64,000 nt of DNA, from the NCBI GenBank assembly GCA_001787205.1, contig MFWB01000008.1, positions 101,644 through 165,643 on the forward strand, in the 5' to 3' direction. Of the stretch, positions 30,983-40,464 are shown piece by piece. How positions within the stretch are numbered: the stretch's first letter is position 1; every line of letters begins with the position of its first letter. The stretch is from Candidatus Nomurabacteria bacterium RIFOXYB1_FULL_39_16 (GTDB lineage: Bacteria > Patescibacteriota > Minisyncoccia > Phycocordibacterales > UBA9973). The position numbers and the translations under genes are program-made. Below the pieces are notes generated by a model. The model worked only from the letters and a program-made list of their open reading frames with translations, was not told the DNA's origin and made no database searches.

Positions 30983-32227
30983 ATGACTTCAATTTTGAAT
31001 GTGATATTATATATCCTGACTTTTTTATCTGTCTACGTGCAGGTGTTTTTCTTCGTTACTTTTCTGGAAAATAGGAAAAAAATAATCATTCGTAATAGCA
31101 AGACTAAACTGATCTCTTATCCGTCCGTGACTATCGTCGTGCCTTGCTGGAACGAAGAGGGTACTGTGGCGAAAACAGTGCATTCTCTTTTGGATCTGGA
31201 TTATCCTCAAGACAAAGTAAAAATATTTCTCATCAACGACGGGTCCACTGATGATACTAAAAATGTCATAGACAAATTCGCGGAAATTCCCAATATAAAA
31301 GTTTTTCATAAAGAAAACGGAGGCAAGTTTACCGCCCTCAACCTCGGGTTGGAAAAGTCGGAAACTGATTTCTTCGGATGTCTGGATGCTGATTCTTTTG
31401 TGGACCCGGAAGCCCTCGTCCGCATTATGAGTTATTTTGAAAAAGATTCTCTGACTATGGCGGTTGCTCCAGCAGTGGTGGTGCACAATCCAAGAAGCAT
31501 TGTCCAGTTCGCGCAACAGACGGATTATAGTATGGGTCTCTTCTTTAAAAAAATGCTCGGTTTTTTGGGGGCTATCAACGTTACTCCTGGACCATTTACC
31601 ATTTTTCGTAAAAAAGTTTTCAACGACCTTGGACCCTACAAACATGCGCACAGCACAGAAGATATGGAGATTGCTTATAGAATGCAAAAGCACAACTATA
31701 AGATAGAAAACTGCAATGACGCGTTTGTTTATACCAACACTCCGGAAACGATTAAAAAGCTTTATAAACAAAGGCTGCGCTGGATTTATGGTTTTCTAAA
31801 CAATACTCTAGATTACCGAGGCGTTCTATTTAGGAGAAAATACGGCAATTTCGCGCTTTTTACCTTGCCTATGGGGGTCATTTCCATATTTTCCGTCAGT
31901 TATCTCTTCGGCAAGATAGTCTATGACGTGGGGCATTTCTTTTATTTTAAAGTTCTGCAATTTAAAGCAGTCGGTTTCAATTTTAAAGTAAGTAATTTTA
32001 ATTTTGATCCATTTTTCATAAATACAGAATCTTTTATTTTCTTGATAATTGTCGTCTATTCCTTGGTGATGTTCGCCATTCTCTTCGGCAGGAAAATGGC
32101 GAAGGAAAAAAATATTTTCTCTCTTAATATGCTTTACTTCTTTCCGATTTTCGGCATTGTCGCTCCGCTGTGGTTTCTGAAAGCGATTTATAATACGATT
32201 TTATCAAGGAAGCCATCTTGGAGATAA
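30983..32227 (+). CDS. Family 2 glycosyltransferase, processive type (QxxRW)
   Basis: N-terminal TM, DGSTDDT, DAD, and QRLRW followed by additional C-terminal TM helices. Confidence 0.8.
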   Translation: MTSILNVILYILTFLSVYVQVFFFVTFLENRKKIIIRNSKTKLISYPSVTIVVPCWNEEGTVAKTVHSLLDLDYPQDKVKIFLINDGSTDDTKNVIDKFAEIPNIKVFHKENGGKFTALNLGLEKSETDFFGCLDADSFVDPEALVRIMSYFEKDSLTMAVAPAVVVHNPRSIVQFAQQTDYSMGLFFKKMLGFLGAINVTPGPFTIFRKKVFNDLGPYKHAHSTEDMEIAYRMQKHNYKIENCNDAFVYTNTPETIKKLYKQRLRWIYGFLNNTLDYRGVLFRRKYGNFALFTLPMGVISIFSVSYLFGKIVYDVGHFFYFKVLQFKAVGFNFKVSNFNFDPFFINTESFIFLIIVVYSLVMFAILFGRKMAKEKNIFSLNMLYFFPIFGIVAPLWFLKAIYNTILSRKPSWR

Positions 32228-32304
32228 AATAGACCTGTCCCGTACTAAATTTTTGATTACGGGACATAAAGATAAAGATTATTAATTAAAATTTTAGTAC
32301 TGGG

Positions 32305-33009
32305 ATGAACAACAACATTGATTGGAAAAAATACTTAATTGTGCTCTTGATAACCACGGGCCTTTTCTTTACTGCCATTTACTTGAGTAATTATTTCGGC
32401 GATAAAAAAATCAATCAATTGAAAACCATTCAGGACCAGATAGCCATAGACATTCTTTCTTCGGAAACTCAATTTTCCTTGCTTTCAGAGCTTTCTTGCA
32501 AGAACATCTCTGATGCCGTATTTTCCAGTGAGTTAGCGGAACTAGGCAATAAGCTTGAGTGGAGTCAAGAGAATCTGGGTGCTACTTCCGAGGTGTCTTA
32601 TCTGAAAAAGTATTATTCATTGTTGCAAATTAAAGACTATCTTTTAGCTAAAAGAATTTCCGCTCGCTGTGGAGTGAAATCTGCGTTTATTCTTTATTTC
32701 TATACAACGGCTGTCAACTGCACTTTGTGTCAAGAGGAGAGTCTCGTGCTCTCCACCTTGCGCGCGAAATATCCGGAACTTCGCGTGTATTCTTTTGATT
32801 ACAGTACCGACCTCTCGGCCGTTACCTCTATGCTCCAAATTTATAAAATAAAAGATACAGCGCTACCTGCAATGGTGATAGATGATAGTGTATTTTCCGG
32901 GTTTCAAACCTTGGAAAATCTTGAGGCTTACATAAAAGGATCCTTTAAGCTTCAAGAATCGGCAACGCCGGCAGGGAACAGTAAAAGCAGTCCCGCAAAA
33001 AGTTTGTAA
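32305..33009 (+). CDS. Hypothetical membrane-anchored protein with a CxxC motif (NCTLCQ)
   Basis: N-terminal TM. Possibly a thioredoxin-like fold. No family assigned. Confidence 0.45.
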   Translation: MNNNIDWKKYLIVLLITTGLFFTAIYLSNYFGDKKINQLKTIQDQIAIDILSSETQFSLLSELSCKNISDAVFSSELAELGNKLEWSQENLGATSEVSYLKKYYSLLQIKDYLLAKRISARCGVKSAFILYFYTTAVNCTLCQEESLVLSTLRAKYPELRVYSFDYSTDLSAVTSMLQIYKIKDTALPAMVIDDSVFSGFQTLENLEAYIKGSFKLQESATPAGNSKSSPAKSL

Positions 33010-33086
33010 TTTAGAATACGGGTCGGGCAGGGCACATCGTTGTCCCGCCCGTTTTCTTTTTTATATAAAATTTAAACCGAGAGAAT

Positions 33087-33506
33087 TTAATTTTTAATAT
33101 ATTTTTTCATTCTCCACTTTCTACCTTTTCCTTTATTCATATTTTTATAAAAAGGAGTGAGCGCGTGACAATTGGGACAGAGTAACCTCAAATTATTTTC
33201 CAGATTGTTTTCAGAATTACCGTCTATGTGATCAACTTCAAGTGGTATCACTCCGGTTAGAGGATGTTTTTTGTGCCAGCCACAAAAGGAACACTTATTA
33301 GCATATTTTTCAAATAAATACTTTTTAAGCCAATTTGCCAAATTTCTTGCGGTTATTCCAATTTCACCACTTAATTTTCCCTTTTTCCATAAATCAACAT
33401 TTGTTCTGTATTCTAAATTACGCTGACACTTATTAGAGCAAAATTTTATTTTATGTCTAACTAAAAGTTTGGTTCCACATCCGGCGCAAAATCTTAAGTT
33501 TTTCAT
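33087..33506 (-). CDS. HNH endonuclease with an N-terminal zinc ribbon
   Basis: CAGCGTKL ... C ... C followed by the HNH core EVDHIDGNSENN ... NLRLLCPNCHA. Confidence 0.75.
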   Translation of the reverse strand: MKNLRFCAGCGTKLLVRHKIKFCSNKCQRNLEYRTNVDLWKKGKLSGEIGITARNLANWLKKYLFEKYANKCSFCGWHKKHPLTGVIPLEVDHIDGNSENNLENNLRLLCPNCHALTPFYKNMNKGKGRKWRMKKYIKN

Positions 33507-33695
33507 TCCTTAAGTATACCATAACCAATAGGTATATGGTGGTCTACATGGCATAAAATCAACTCAATCTTTTTAAAATAATATTTTGATTTTAGGAGAA
33601 TATATGCTATCGTGGAAAGACGGTAAGCCAGTATAGCTGTTTTAGTAGGTATCATTAGAGAAAAAAAGAAGTCGGTTTTTAAAAAATAAATAGTT

Positions 33696-33768
33696 GCCGG
33701 CATAGCTCAGTTGGTAGAGCATTCGCTTTGTAAGCGAAATGTCCGGGGTTCGATCCCTCGTGCCGGCT
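33696..33768 (+). tRNA. tRNA-Thr (anticodon UGU)
   Basis: gccggcatagctcagttggtagagc ... ttcgc-tttgtaa-gcgaa ... ggggttcgatccc ... tgccggc is a cloverleaf with anticodon TGT. CCA is not encoded. Confidence 0.9.
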
Positions 33769-33779
33769 CAATTTTTTTC

Positions 33780-34184
33780 TTACGAATTTCTTTCCTCCTC
33801 CTCTTCCGCTACTCTATGCTTTATTTCTCTGACTTTACGCTTATAGTCTGACACAGTCTTTAAAAATCTGGAAACCTCTTTCTTGCCTCTTTTTATTATG
33901 TGCTCTTTTCGTTTGTTTTCTATTTCTGTCAGTATTTTCTCGTATTTGTCTTTTATGAAGTTAGAAGAACGGACATAGAGTCTGATGGTTGCCACCAATG
34001 CCAAGTAGCTGTGTCTCTTGGCACCCCTTACGGTCAGGTGCTTCCATTCTTCTATGTAGGGGACTTCCAAGAAAATTTCCTTCCCTTGTTCTATTTGCGC
34101 ATCTTGAAGCACCAGCATTTTCCTGCCAATCATGAAGGCTATCCCGGATAGTGATATAAAAAATAAAGCTAAAAGAAAATACAT
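33780..34184 (-). CDS. Hypothetical membrane protein with a charged coiled C-terminus
   Basis: ORF with N-terminal TM. No family assigned. Confidence 0.4.
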   Translation of the reverse strand: MYFLLALFFISLSGIAFMIGRKMLVLQDAQIEQGKEIFLEVPYIEEWKHLTVRGAKRHSYLALVATIRLYVRSSNFIKDKYEKILTEIENKRKEHIIKRGKKEVSRFLKTVSDYKRKVREIKHRVAEEEEERNS

Positions 34185-34198
34185 ATTTTTTTTGTTTT

Positions 34199-34978
34199 TT
34201 ATATTGAGTAACGCTTTACTTCTTTGATTTTTGCTCCAGCTTTCTCTAAAAGTTTACCCACAGTCTGTTCTCCATCTTTAATGAATGACTGGTCCAAGAG
34301 AGTCTTTTCTTTGAAATAAGTCGCCATTTTCCCGAGCAACATTTTCTCTTTTATCTCTGCAGGCTTATCTACACCCGCAACCTCCTTTTCAAAGATTTCT
34401 CTCATTGTTTTTTTGACATCTTCGGTTATTTCCTCTTGTGAGATGTATTCCGGCCTCATGGCGGTCACATGCATAGCTATATCACGAGCGAGCTCTGTGG
34501 AGCCTCCTGTCAGGCTTACAATGACGCCTGTCTTGTTGTTGTGGACATAACTGCCGATAACTTCTCCAGATACTAGAAAGGCCTCTCCTAGCTGGATATT
34601 CTCTCCGGTTTTCTGGATTATCGGGTCTATCATATCTTTCGCTTCAGCCGTCATCTTCTCTATGCCTTCCAGGAAGGCTTTTTCTGTCAGTCCATCAAGC
34701 AGTTTGGTAAAATCTTCATTCCTAGCCACGAAATCAGTTTCACAATGCAAAGACACCAAGACTGCCTTTTTACCGTCTGTCTTAATGGAGACTCTTCCGT
34801 CTTTCACCTCACGGCTCACTTTTTTCAAAGCGATATCCGAACTGGTTTTCTTTAAAATTGCTAACGCTTTGTTCATATCGCCCTCTGCTTCTTCCAGGGC
34901 GCGCTTGCACTGCATCACAGAAATGCCGGTTGTATCGCGGAGCTCTTTAATTTGTTCTGTTGTTATTTGTGTTGACAT
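34199..34978 (-). CDS. tsf: Elongation factor Ts
   Basis: UBA-like N-terminus (ITTEQIKELRDTTGISVMQCKRALEEAEGDMNKA). The track ORF extends to 35137 and overlaps rpsB; the internal Met (MSTQITTEQ) is the likely start. The 34978 coordinate could be off by 1. Confidence 0.85.
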   Translation of the reverse strand: MSTQITTEQIKELRDTTGISVMQCKRALEEAEGDMNKALAILKKTSSDIALKKVSREVKDGRVSIKTDGKKAVLVSLHCETDFVARNEDFTKLLDGLTEKAFLEGIEKMTAEAKDMIDPIIQKTGENIQLGEAFLVSGEVIGSYVHNNKTGVIVSLTGGSTELARDIAMHVTAMRPEYISQEEITEDVKKTMREIFEKEVAGVDKPAEIKEKMLLGKMATYFKEKTLLDQSFIKDGEQTVGKLLEKAGAKIKEVKRYSI

Positions 34979-35024
34979 TGATTTTGCGAAATCACGTCGC
35001 GCAAGTCGATTAGGCGCGACGCTC

Positions 35025-35750
35025 TTATTTTTTCTCTGGTAAAGATGTTTGACCTTCTTTGTAAGCGTTACCGATGGCGGTAACGAAAAATTTAATGGAT
35101 GGGATGCCGGCGTCGTTTGCCACGATAGGGTAGTCAAGGCTTTTAATGTTTGAATCAGAATTTACTAAAGCGATTACCGGAATGCCGGATTTTCTAGCTT
35201 CAGTGGAGGCAATGTGTTCGCTTCTGGCATCTATGACGAATAATGCGTCCGGAGCTTTTTTCAAGCCAATCAATCCGGAATAGTACCTGGTGAGCTTCTC
35301 CATTTTCTTAGCCATTACCACACGTTCTTTCTTAGTGTATTTATCCAGTCCGCCAGTGGTGCTGTCTTTGCGATAATTTTCCAGTTCGGTTATTCTCTTT
35401 TTTATTTCAGTGAAATTAGAAAGCGTACCCCCGATCCATCTCTCCGTGACGTAAGGCATATTCAAGGATTCTGCCATATCTTTGGTGGTTACTTTCGCTT
35501 CCGGTTTGGTACCTACGAAAAGGACGGTTTTATTCTGGGCTCCGAGATTTTTTACAAATAGAAGAGCGGATTCCAACATTATGGTGGTCTTTTCCAGGTT
35601 GATTATATCCACTTTATTTTTGGTAGCGTATATGTACTTTGAGACAGAAGGGTGTCTTCTGGTCTTGCTGTAGCCGTAATGCGCCCCGGCCTTAAACATC
35701 TTTTCTACGATTGTATCGTTACTTTCCTGCGTGTTTTTTACTTTTTGCAT
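35025..35750 (-). CDS. rpsB: Ribosomal protein S2
   Basis: MFKAGAHYGYSKTRRHPSVSKYIY ... and the S2 fold. The track ORF starts at 35804; the likely start is MQKVKN or MFKAG. Confidence 0.88.
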   Translation of the reverse strand: MQKVKNTQESNDTIVEKMFKAGAHYGYSKTRRHPSVSKYIYATKNKVDIINLEKTTIMLESALLFVKNLGAQNKTVLFVGTKPEAKVTTKDMAESLNMPYVTERWIGGTLSNFTEIKKRITELENYRKDSTTGGLDKYTKKERVVMAKKMEKLTRYYSGLIGLKKAPDALFVIDARSEHIASTEARKSGIPVIALVNSDSNIKSLDYPIVANDAGIPSIKFFVTAIGNAYKEGQTSLPEKK

Positions 35751-35806
35751 ATGAATTAATATAGCAGAAGACCCATGCTTTTGCAACCGCGCCCACCAAC
35801 CCAAAA

Positions 35807-35827
35807 TTGCTAGGTCTTGCCTAGCAA
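35807..35827. repeat. REP-like palindromic element copy 1 (ttgctaggtcttgcctagcaa)
   Basis: 8-bp arms ttgctagg and cctagcaa around tcttg. Identical to copy 2 at 39701-39721 and an inverted match to copy 3 at 40399-40419. Confidence 0.8.
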
Positions 35828-35862
35828 TTTTGCAATTTAGTTTTCCCTTGCCAAAGTCCTGC

Positions 35863-35872
35863 GGGGGGGGGG
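35863..35872. repeat. Homopolymeric G10 tract upstream of the surface-protein gene
   Basis: gcgggggggggg read directly, about 67 bp upstream of the ATG at 35940, in otherwise AT-rich DNA. A TATTAT hexamer lies immediately downstream. Confidence 0.7.
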
Positions 35873-35939
35873 TATTATTAGTTGGATTGATATTATCAAC
35901 TCAACTTTTTTTCTTTTTAAATTAACAAGAATTTTAAGC

Positions 35940-38900
35940 ATGAATTACATATATCGCGCAATGGAGAACTTCCGTTTTAAATATCTTAGTGTTCTTGTTT
36001 TTATTGCCATCGGAGCATTCTTCTTCGGTTTTATTAAACCTGCAAGCGCAACTACTTTTTATGTTTCTCCTTCTGGATCAAACACATCCCCATATGATAC
36101 ATGGGCAAAGGCCGCCAATTTACCCTCCACAGTGATTACTGCCGGTAATTCATTAGCAGGACCTCACACAGCTTATATCGCTCCCGGTACATATGTTGGT
36201 AGTATTGCAATAACGGGGGTGAACTGGGCTGGGGGAACAATTTTTGGCACCTCTGCGCATGGTTCCACTAGTCCTGCAACTTTCGGCCAAGTAAATATAA
36301 GTCCAACTACGGGAGTAGCATTGACGTCTGGAAGAGCTGACCAAACAATTGAATATATATCAGCGACAAGTCCAGATAACGCTGTATTAAGTATAGGGTC
36401 TACTAATTTTTATGGAAAGGGTTTGTATTTACACGATGGAACAAATTTGGTTTTTCTTCCTTATTTGGCTACTAGTGCAACAATAGAATATTCAAAAATA
36501 TTAGGGAACAGTGATAATTTGGGTGTTGTGAGTTCTTCAAGTAATAACTTAACATTTAATTATTGTTTATTTGGAAATAGTGAAACTAATCTTTTTGGGA
36601 AAGGCACGGCTTCATCAAGGAATGGAATCGTACAATTAGGAAGTGGTATTTTGACTGTTAATAACAGTAGTCTTTTAGAGGCCAGGGCAAGCAATTTAGT
36701 GAATGAAGGTGCTGGATCTGTTGTTGCCAATAACAATATTATTGTTCCTGGTAGTGACTTCAATAACTACTATGGCATAAGTAGAATCAGTGGAACTATG
36801 AGTGTTAATAATAGTGCCCTTATAGGTAATATGCAGTATCCATCGTCTATACGAGGTGGAACAATAACAGAACAAAACAATTTAGATAACCCAAAAATAA
36901 ATTTTGTTCATTATCCAAGACAGGCGTTTGTTGTCCCGTCAGTGGATGACACATCGGGTGCTCCTTATGCAAAGGATTTGTCGGATGAATTATTAAGTCG
37001 TGGACAAGGAGGGACATTTTATGTAAATAATACTGGGCTTTCTACTTATCAAAGTACTATACAAGAAATCATAAATGACGGAGCTGTGGAGATTCAGGGA
37101 CACAGTAGGAGTCATGATAAAATGACTTATTCAGGTCCGCTTTATACCATAACTAAAGCGGGAGAAACAATAAATATAGACAGGAGTGGTGACACAATTA
37201 GTATTTCTAATACCGGAACAGTATCAGGGTTTAAATCAAAAACGTTACAAGTCATTTCAGCTGAGCTGGTCGCCATGGGAGCCACAGTCAGTGCATTAGC
37301 TTCTTCTGACATTACAGTTAATTCTTTGGGAGAAATTATTGCCGATAGTTCTGGCGCCCAAGCATCTCCTTACATTTCCCAAGTTCTGATTGACCCGACT
37401 GGGGATACTGGTTTCTATTACTCAGAAATAGTTTCTGCTGCAAGTGAATTAGCAACGGCGCTCGGGGTTCCCATAGATATTTTTGCTCCTCCCTATGGAA
37501 GCACAAATGATAATGTAAAAAATATTTGCCAGGCGAAAGGATTTAGAGCTTGCAGAGCTGGTAGTGATTGGGAACTGAAGAGTTTAGATTTACAAAGCTT
37601 AAGATATTTTTTAGTTTCAAACATTGTTGGAGTTGACGATGCAGAGACTGCTGCAAAAACTCGTTCTTTTGCTCATACGGCATTAAAAGTAGGAGGGTTA
37701 ATTAGTTTGTTGGGGCACAGTACATCTGAAGCGACCATTCAGCAATGGTCAGTTGTTTTAGATACTCTTAAAAATGAATTTCCCCAAATTCAAGTAACCA
37801 AGATGAGCACAGCTATAGATGAAATTAGAGACGGCGCTACTTGGGCCACTTCCGACAATAGAACGTATACTCGTTCTTGGAATGATTCTTCAGCTAACTA
37901 TAATCTCTCTTATAACTCTGAATTAATTGATGTCGGAATAGATGTTGGACTTACCGGCGATCTCGCAGGCAACCCTATTTACGGCACTCCTGACATCGGA
38001 GCATACGAATACCAACCACCACACGATATAACTTTAGCAACTCCAGACACTATAGACATAGGAGCGGGTGCGAGAATCTATGCTAACGGAAAATTTCGGG
38101 ATCTAGGAACAACGAATGCAACACCAGCCAGCTTAAAAATAACTCCAGCTAGTGGAAGTTTCACTGTTTATGGTGCAATCGATACAAAACCCGCTTGGCT
38201 TGATGTGACAAATATTTTAAACTGGACCAATACTCACAAAACCTGGACTGAGGGGAATGCCGTTGCGGGTCTAACCAACACGTTACATGTTGTAGGAGAT
38301 TTGAATGCCGACAAATATTATAATGTCAAATTAGATGATGTTTTAGGACAAAATATTACAGGAAATGATTGTACTGGAGGAATTTGTAAAGCGAACTCCT
38401 CGGGTGAAATTACCTTTACCTATACTGGCACTTATTCTGATCACATCTTTGATGTGACAGAAGAAGCGATCGCCCCCACCAACGTCGGCATCTCTTCTGT
38501 GGTAGTTGACTCAACCTCCAAATTAACCATTACAGCCCAAACAGCCGTGGATTCTGGCTCAGGTCTACACACTACTCCATATTGGTTTTCTGAAACATCA
38601 GGCAATGCAGGAAGTTCTTCTTCCTCTGATTGGCAAGCTTCAACCACATTCATTGACGATGACTTGTCTTGCAGTACGCAATATACATACAAGGTTAAAG
38701 TAAGAGATGCAAATGGAAACGAGTCCGCTTTCTCTGATCCAGTCTCTGTTTCAACTGACGGTTGTTCTAGCAGTGGTTCTCGCACTACCAGAAGAGTAAC
38801 CATTCCTTCCACTCCTGTTGCTCCTACCATTACCCCCAATCCTTTGCTAAGCTCTGAACCATCGGTCTACAATTTCGGTCCCGTAGTCCTTAAACAAAAG

Positions 38901-39095
38901 AGTAGGGGAGAAGCGGTAAAAGAATTACAGAGATTTTTAAATGCTAACCTAAACCTAGGTTTAATAGTAGATGGTATTTTCGGTCCGAAAACTCTGGCTG
39001 TGATAAAACAATGGCAAAAAGATAACGGACTAGTGGTAGATGGATTGGTGGGTCCGAAGACGAAAGTGAAGATGAATTTAGTTAATAAGAATTAG
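35940..39095 (+). CDS. Large secreted or cell-surface protein (1051 aa) with FN3-like and C-terminal peptidoglycan-binding (PG_binding_1-like) repeats
   Basis: Signal peptide. Ser/Thr/Asn/Gly-rich beta-helix-like body. YTYKVKVRDANGNESAFSDPVSV is FN3-like. Twin C-terminal repeats DGIFGPKTLAVIKQWQKDNGLVVDGLVGPKT. Confidence 0.7.
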   Translation: MNYIYRAMENFRFKYLSVLVFIAIGAFFFGFIKPASATTFYVSPSGSNTSPYDTWAKAANLPSTVITAGNSLAGPHTAYIAPGTYVGSIAITGVNWAGGTIFGTSAHGSTSPATFGQVNISPTTGVALTSGRADQTIEYISATSPDNAVLSIGSTNFYGKGLYLHDGTNLVFLPYLATSATIEYSKILGNSDNLGVVSSSSNNLTFNYCLFGNSETNLFGKGTASSRNGIVQLGSGILTVNNSSLLEARASNLVNEGAGSVVANNNIIVPGSDFNNYYGISRISGTMSVNNSALIGNMQYPSSIRGGTITEQNNLDNPKINFVHYPRQAFVVPSVDDTSGAPYAKDLSDELLSRGQGGTFYVNNTGLSTYQSTIQEIINDGAVEIQGHSRSHDKMTYSGPLYTITKAGETINIDRSGDTISISNTGTVSGFKSKTLQVISAELVAMGATVSALASSDITVNSLGEIIADSSGAQASPYISQVLIDPTGDTGFYYSEIVSAASELATALGVPIDIFAPPYGSTNDNVKNICQAKGFRACRAGSDWELKSLDLQSLRYFLVSNIVGVDDAETAAKTRSFAHTALKVGGLISLLGHSTSEATIQQWSVVLDTLKNEFPQIQVTKMSTAIDEIRDGATWATSDNRTYTRSWNDSSANYNLSYNSELIDVGIDVGLTGDLAGNPIYGTPDIGAYEYQPPHDITLATPDTIDIGAGARIYANGKFRDLGTTNATPASLKITPASGSFTVYGAIDTKPAWLDVTNILNWTNTHKTWTEGNAVAGLTNTLHVVGDLNADKYYNVKLDDVLGQNITGNDCTGGICKANSSGEITFTYTGTYSDHIFDVTEEAIAPTNVGISSVVVDSTSKLTITAQTAVDSGSGLHTTPYWFSETSGNAGSSSSSDWQASTTFIDDDLSCSTQYTYKVKVRDANGNESAFSDPVSVSTDGCSSSGSRTTRRVTIPSTPVAPTITPNPLLSSEPSVYNFGPVVLKQKSRGEAVKELQRFLNANLNLGLIVDGIFGPKTLAVIKQWQKDNGLVVDGLVGPKTKVKMNLVNKN

Positions 39096-39124
39096 TTGAT
39101 TTTGTGTTATAAGTCAGCACTTAA

Positions 39125-39646
39125 TTGATGATGAAAATAAAACAAAAAGGTTTTACCCTAATAGAGTTGTTGGTGGTCGTGGCAATCATCGGGCTTTTGT
39201 CGTCTATTGTTTTAACTTCTGTTAATTCCGCAAGGAAAAAAGCTCGTGATGCTAGAACCTTAGAGGATGTGCGTCAGATTACCCTTGCTCTTAATATGGT
39301 GCGTGATGCGAGTCCAACTTATAGCTGGCCGGGAGTATCAGGCTGGCAGTGTCTAAAAGCGAGTGGAAGCTGTTGGAGGAATTCATATGCGGGGAACAGT
39401 ACAATAGGAAATGCTCTTTTGCCTTTTATGCCCGAGATTCCCAAAACACAAAATCCGAATGCTGGTTATTATGCTTATGATTCATATTTGTATAATCGAG
39501 CTTTTCCTGGCGCGGCAGGCAGTCCTGCGGGGGCGTATATCATATATGCTCTTGAAGGGGGTGATTTTTCTACTAAATGCAATGGATTTTATGCTGGGCA
39601 ATTAGAGACAGGTTACTGGTATTGTTATTTTTGGATAGGGAATTAA
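39125..39646 (+). CDS. Type IV pilin or pseudopilin, paralog 2
   Basis: KGFTLIELLVVVAIIGLLSS prepilin motif and a Cys-rich C-terminus. Followed by a terminator hairpin (cctgacaa ... ttgtcagg plus T-run, about 39657-39693). Confidence 0.85.
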   Translation: MMMKIKQKGFTLIELLVVVAIIGLLSSIVLTSVNSARKKARDARTLEDVRQITLALNMVRDASPTYSWPGVSGWQCLKASGSCWRNSYAGNSTIGNALLPFMPEIPKTQNPNAGYYAYDSYLYNRAFPGAAGSPAGAYIIYALEGGDFSTKCNGFYAGQLETGYWYCYFWIGN

Positions 39647-39700
39647 TTTTTTAATCCTGACAAGGTTTAACTTTGTCAGGAAATATGTTTTTTACTGATA

Positions 39701-39721
39701 TTGCTAGGTCTTGCCTAGCAA
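39701..39721. repeat. REP-like palindromic element copy 2
   Basis: Identical to copy 1. Lies at the 3' flank of the RAYT-like gene. Confidence 0.8.
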
Positions 39722-40374
39722 GTTTTATAGTTCAGCCATTCAAAAATTTCTTTTTGAAATGATTTGTTGTTTGGGAAATACTCCGGGAAATTTTCTGCGT
39801 TTAATATTTTATTTTGGATTCTTTTTATGCCTAAATAATCAAAGTAGCTTGAGTATTTATAGTTTTGTAAATATTCTAAAGCTTCTTTTTTATTTTTAAT
39901 TCCAACCTCCCTCCAATTTTTCTGGATTAGTTTTATTGGGTTCAAATGAATATATGAGAATAAATATTTTAAATATCTATCATTACTCAAGTGTTGAGAT
40001 TTAAACTTACCCTCAAATAATCCACCGGTTCTTTTGTATTTTTTGTTGTAGTACATAGAATATGCAGTACCTAATTTTTGCATAAATTTACTGATACCTT
40101 TTTCCTCTGTTGGGGTGATAAGGATATGAAAATGATTTGGCATCAGACAATAAGCTCCGATGGATACAATTTTTTTACCCCCTTCAAAATCATACGGACT
40201 CTCATTTTTTGCTAGAGTAAAAATTCTAAAACTATTTGTGGAGTTACAGGCATATAAAAGACTTACAAAGCGAGAGTAGTCTTCGTTGTCGTGGAAAATT
40301 TTCTGTTTACTATTGCCACGGTTGTATATGTGGTAATACTCTCCATCGACTAAATTTGCTTCCCTAATAGACAT
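39715..40374 (-). CDS. IS200/IS605-like HUH tyrosine transposase, REP-associated (RAYT-like)
   Basis: HUH motif MPNHFHILI, a Tyr-rich catalytic helix (YSMYYNKKY) and the conserved IHLNPIK block. Flanked by inverted REP-like copies. The track ORF extends to 40575 and overlaps proS; the start MSIREANL at 40374 is preferred. Confidence 0.6.
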   Translation of the reverse strand: MSIREANLVDGEYYHIYNRGNSKQKIFHDNEDYSRFVSLLYACNSTNSFRIFTLAKNESPYDFEGGKKIVSIGAYCLMPNHFHILITPTEEKGISKFMQKLGTAYSMYYNKKYKRTGGLFEGKFKSQHLSNDRYLKYLFSYIHLNPIKLIQKNWREVGIKNKKEALEYLQNYKYSSYFDYLGIKRIQNKILNAENFPEYFPNNKSFQKEIFEWLNYKTC

Positions 40375-40398
40375 ATAGGCTATTATATACCGGGGAAA

Positions 40399-40419
40399 TT
40401 GCCAGGCAAGACCTAGCAA
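40399..40419. repeat. REP-like palindromic element copy 3 (inverted, 1 mismatch)
   Basis: ttgccaggcaagacctagcaa is the reverse complement of copies 1 and 2 with one substitution. Lies between the RAYT start and proS. Confidence 0.75.
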
Positions 40420-40464
40420 CTTTTTATCTTTGACCAAAAGACTTTTTTCGGGTAAGATGCAAGT

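Noticed and set aside
34979-35137. N-terminal 53-aa extension of tsf in the track ORF
   Set aside because: It overlaps the 3' end of rpsB and lacks EF-Ts similarity. The internal Met directly precedes the conserved UBA-like domain.
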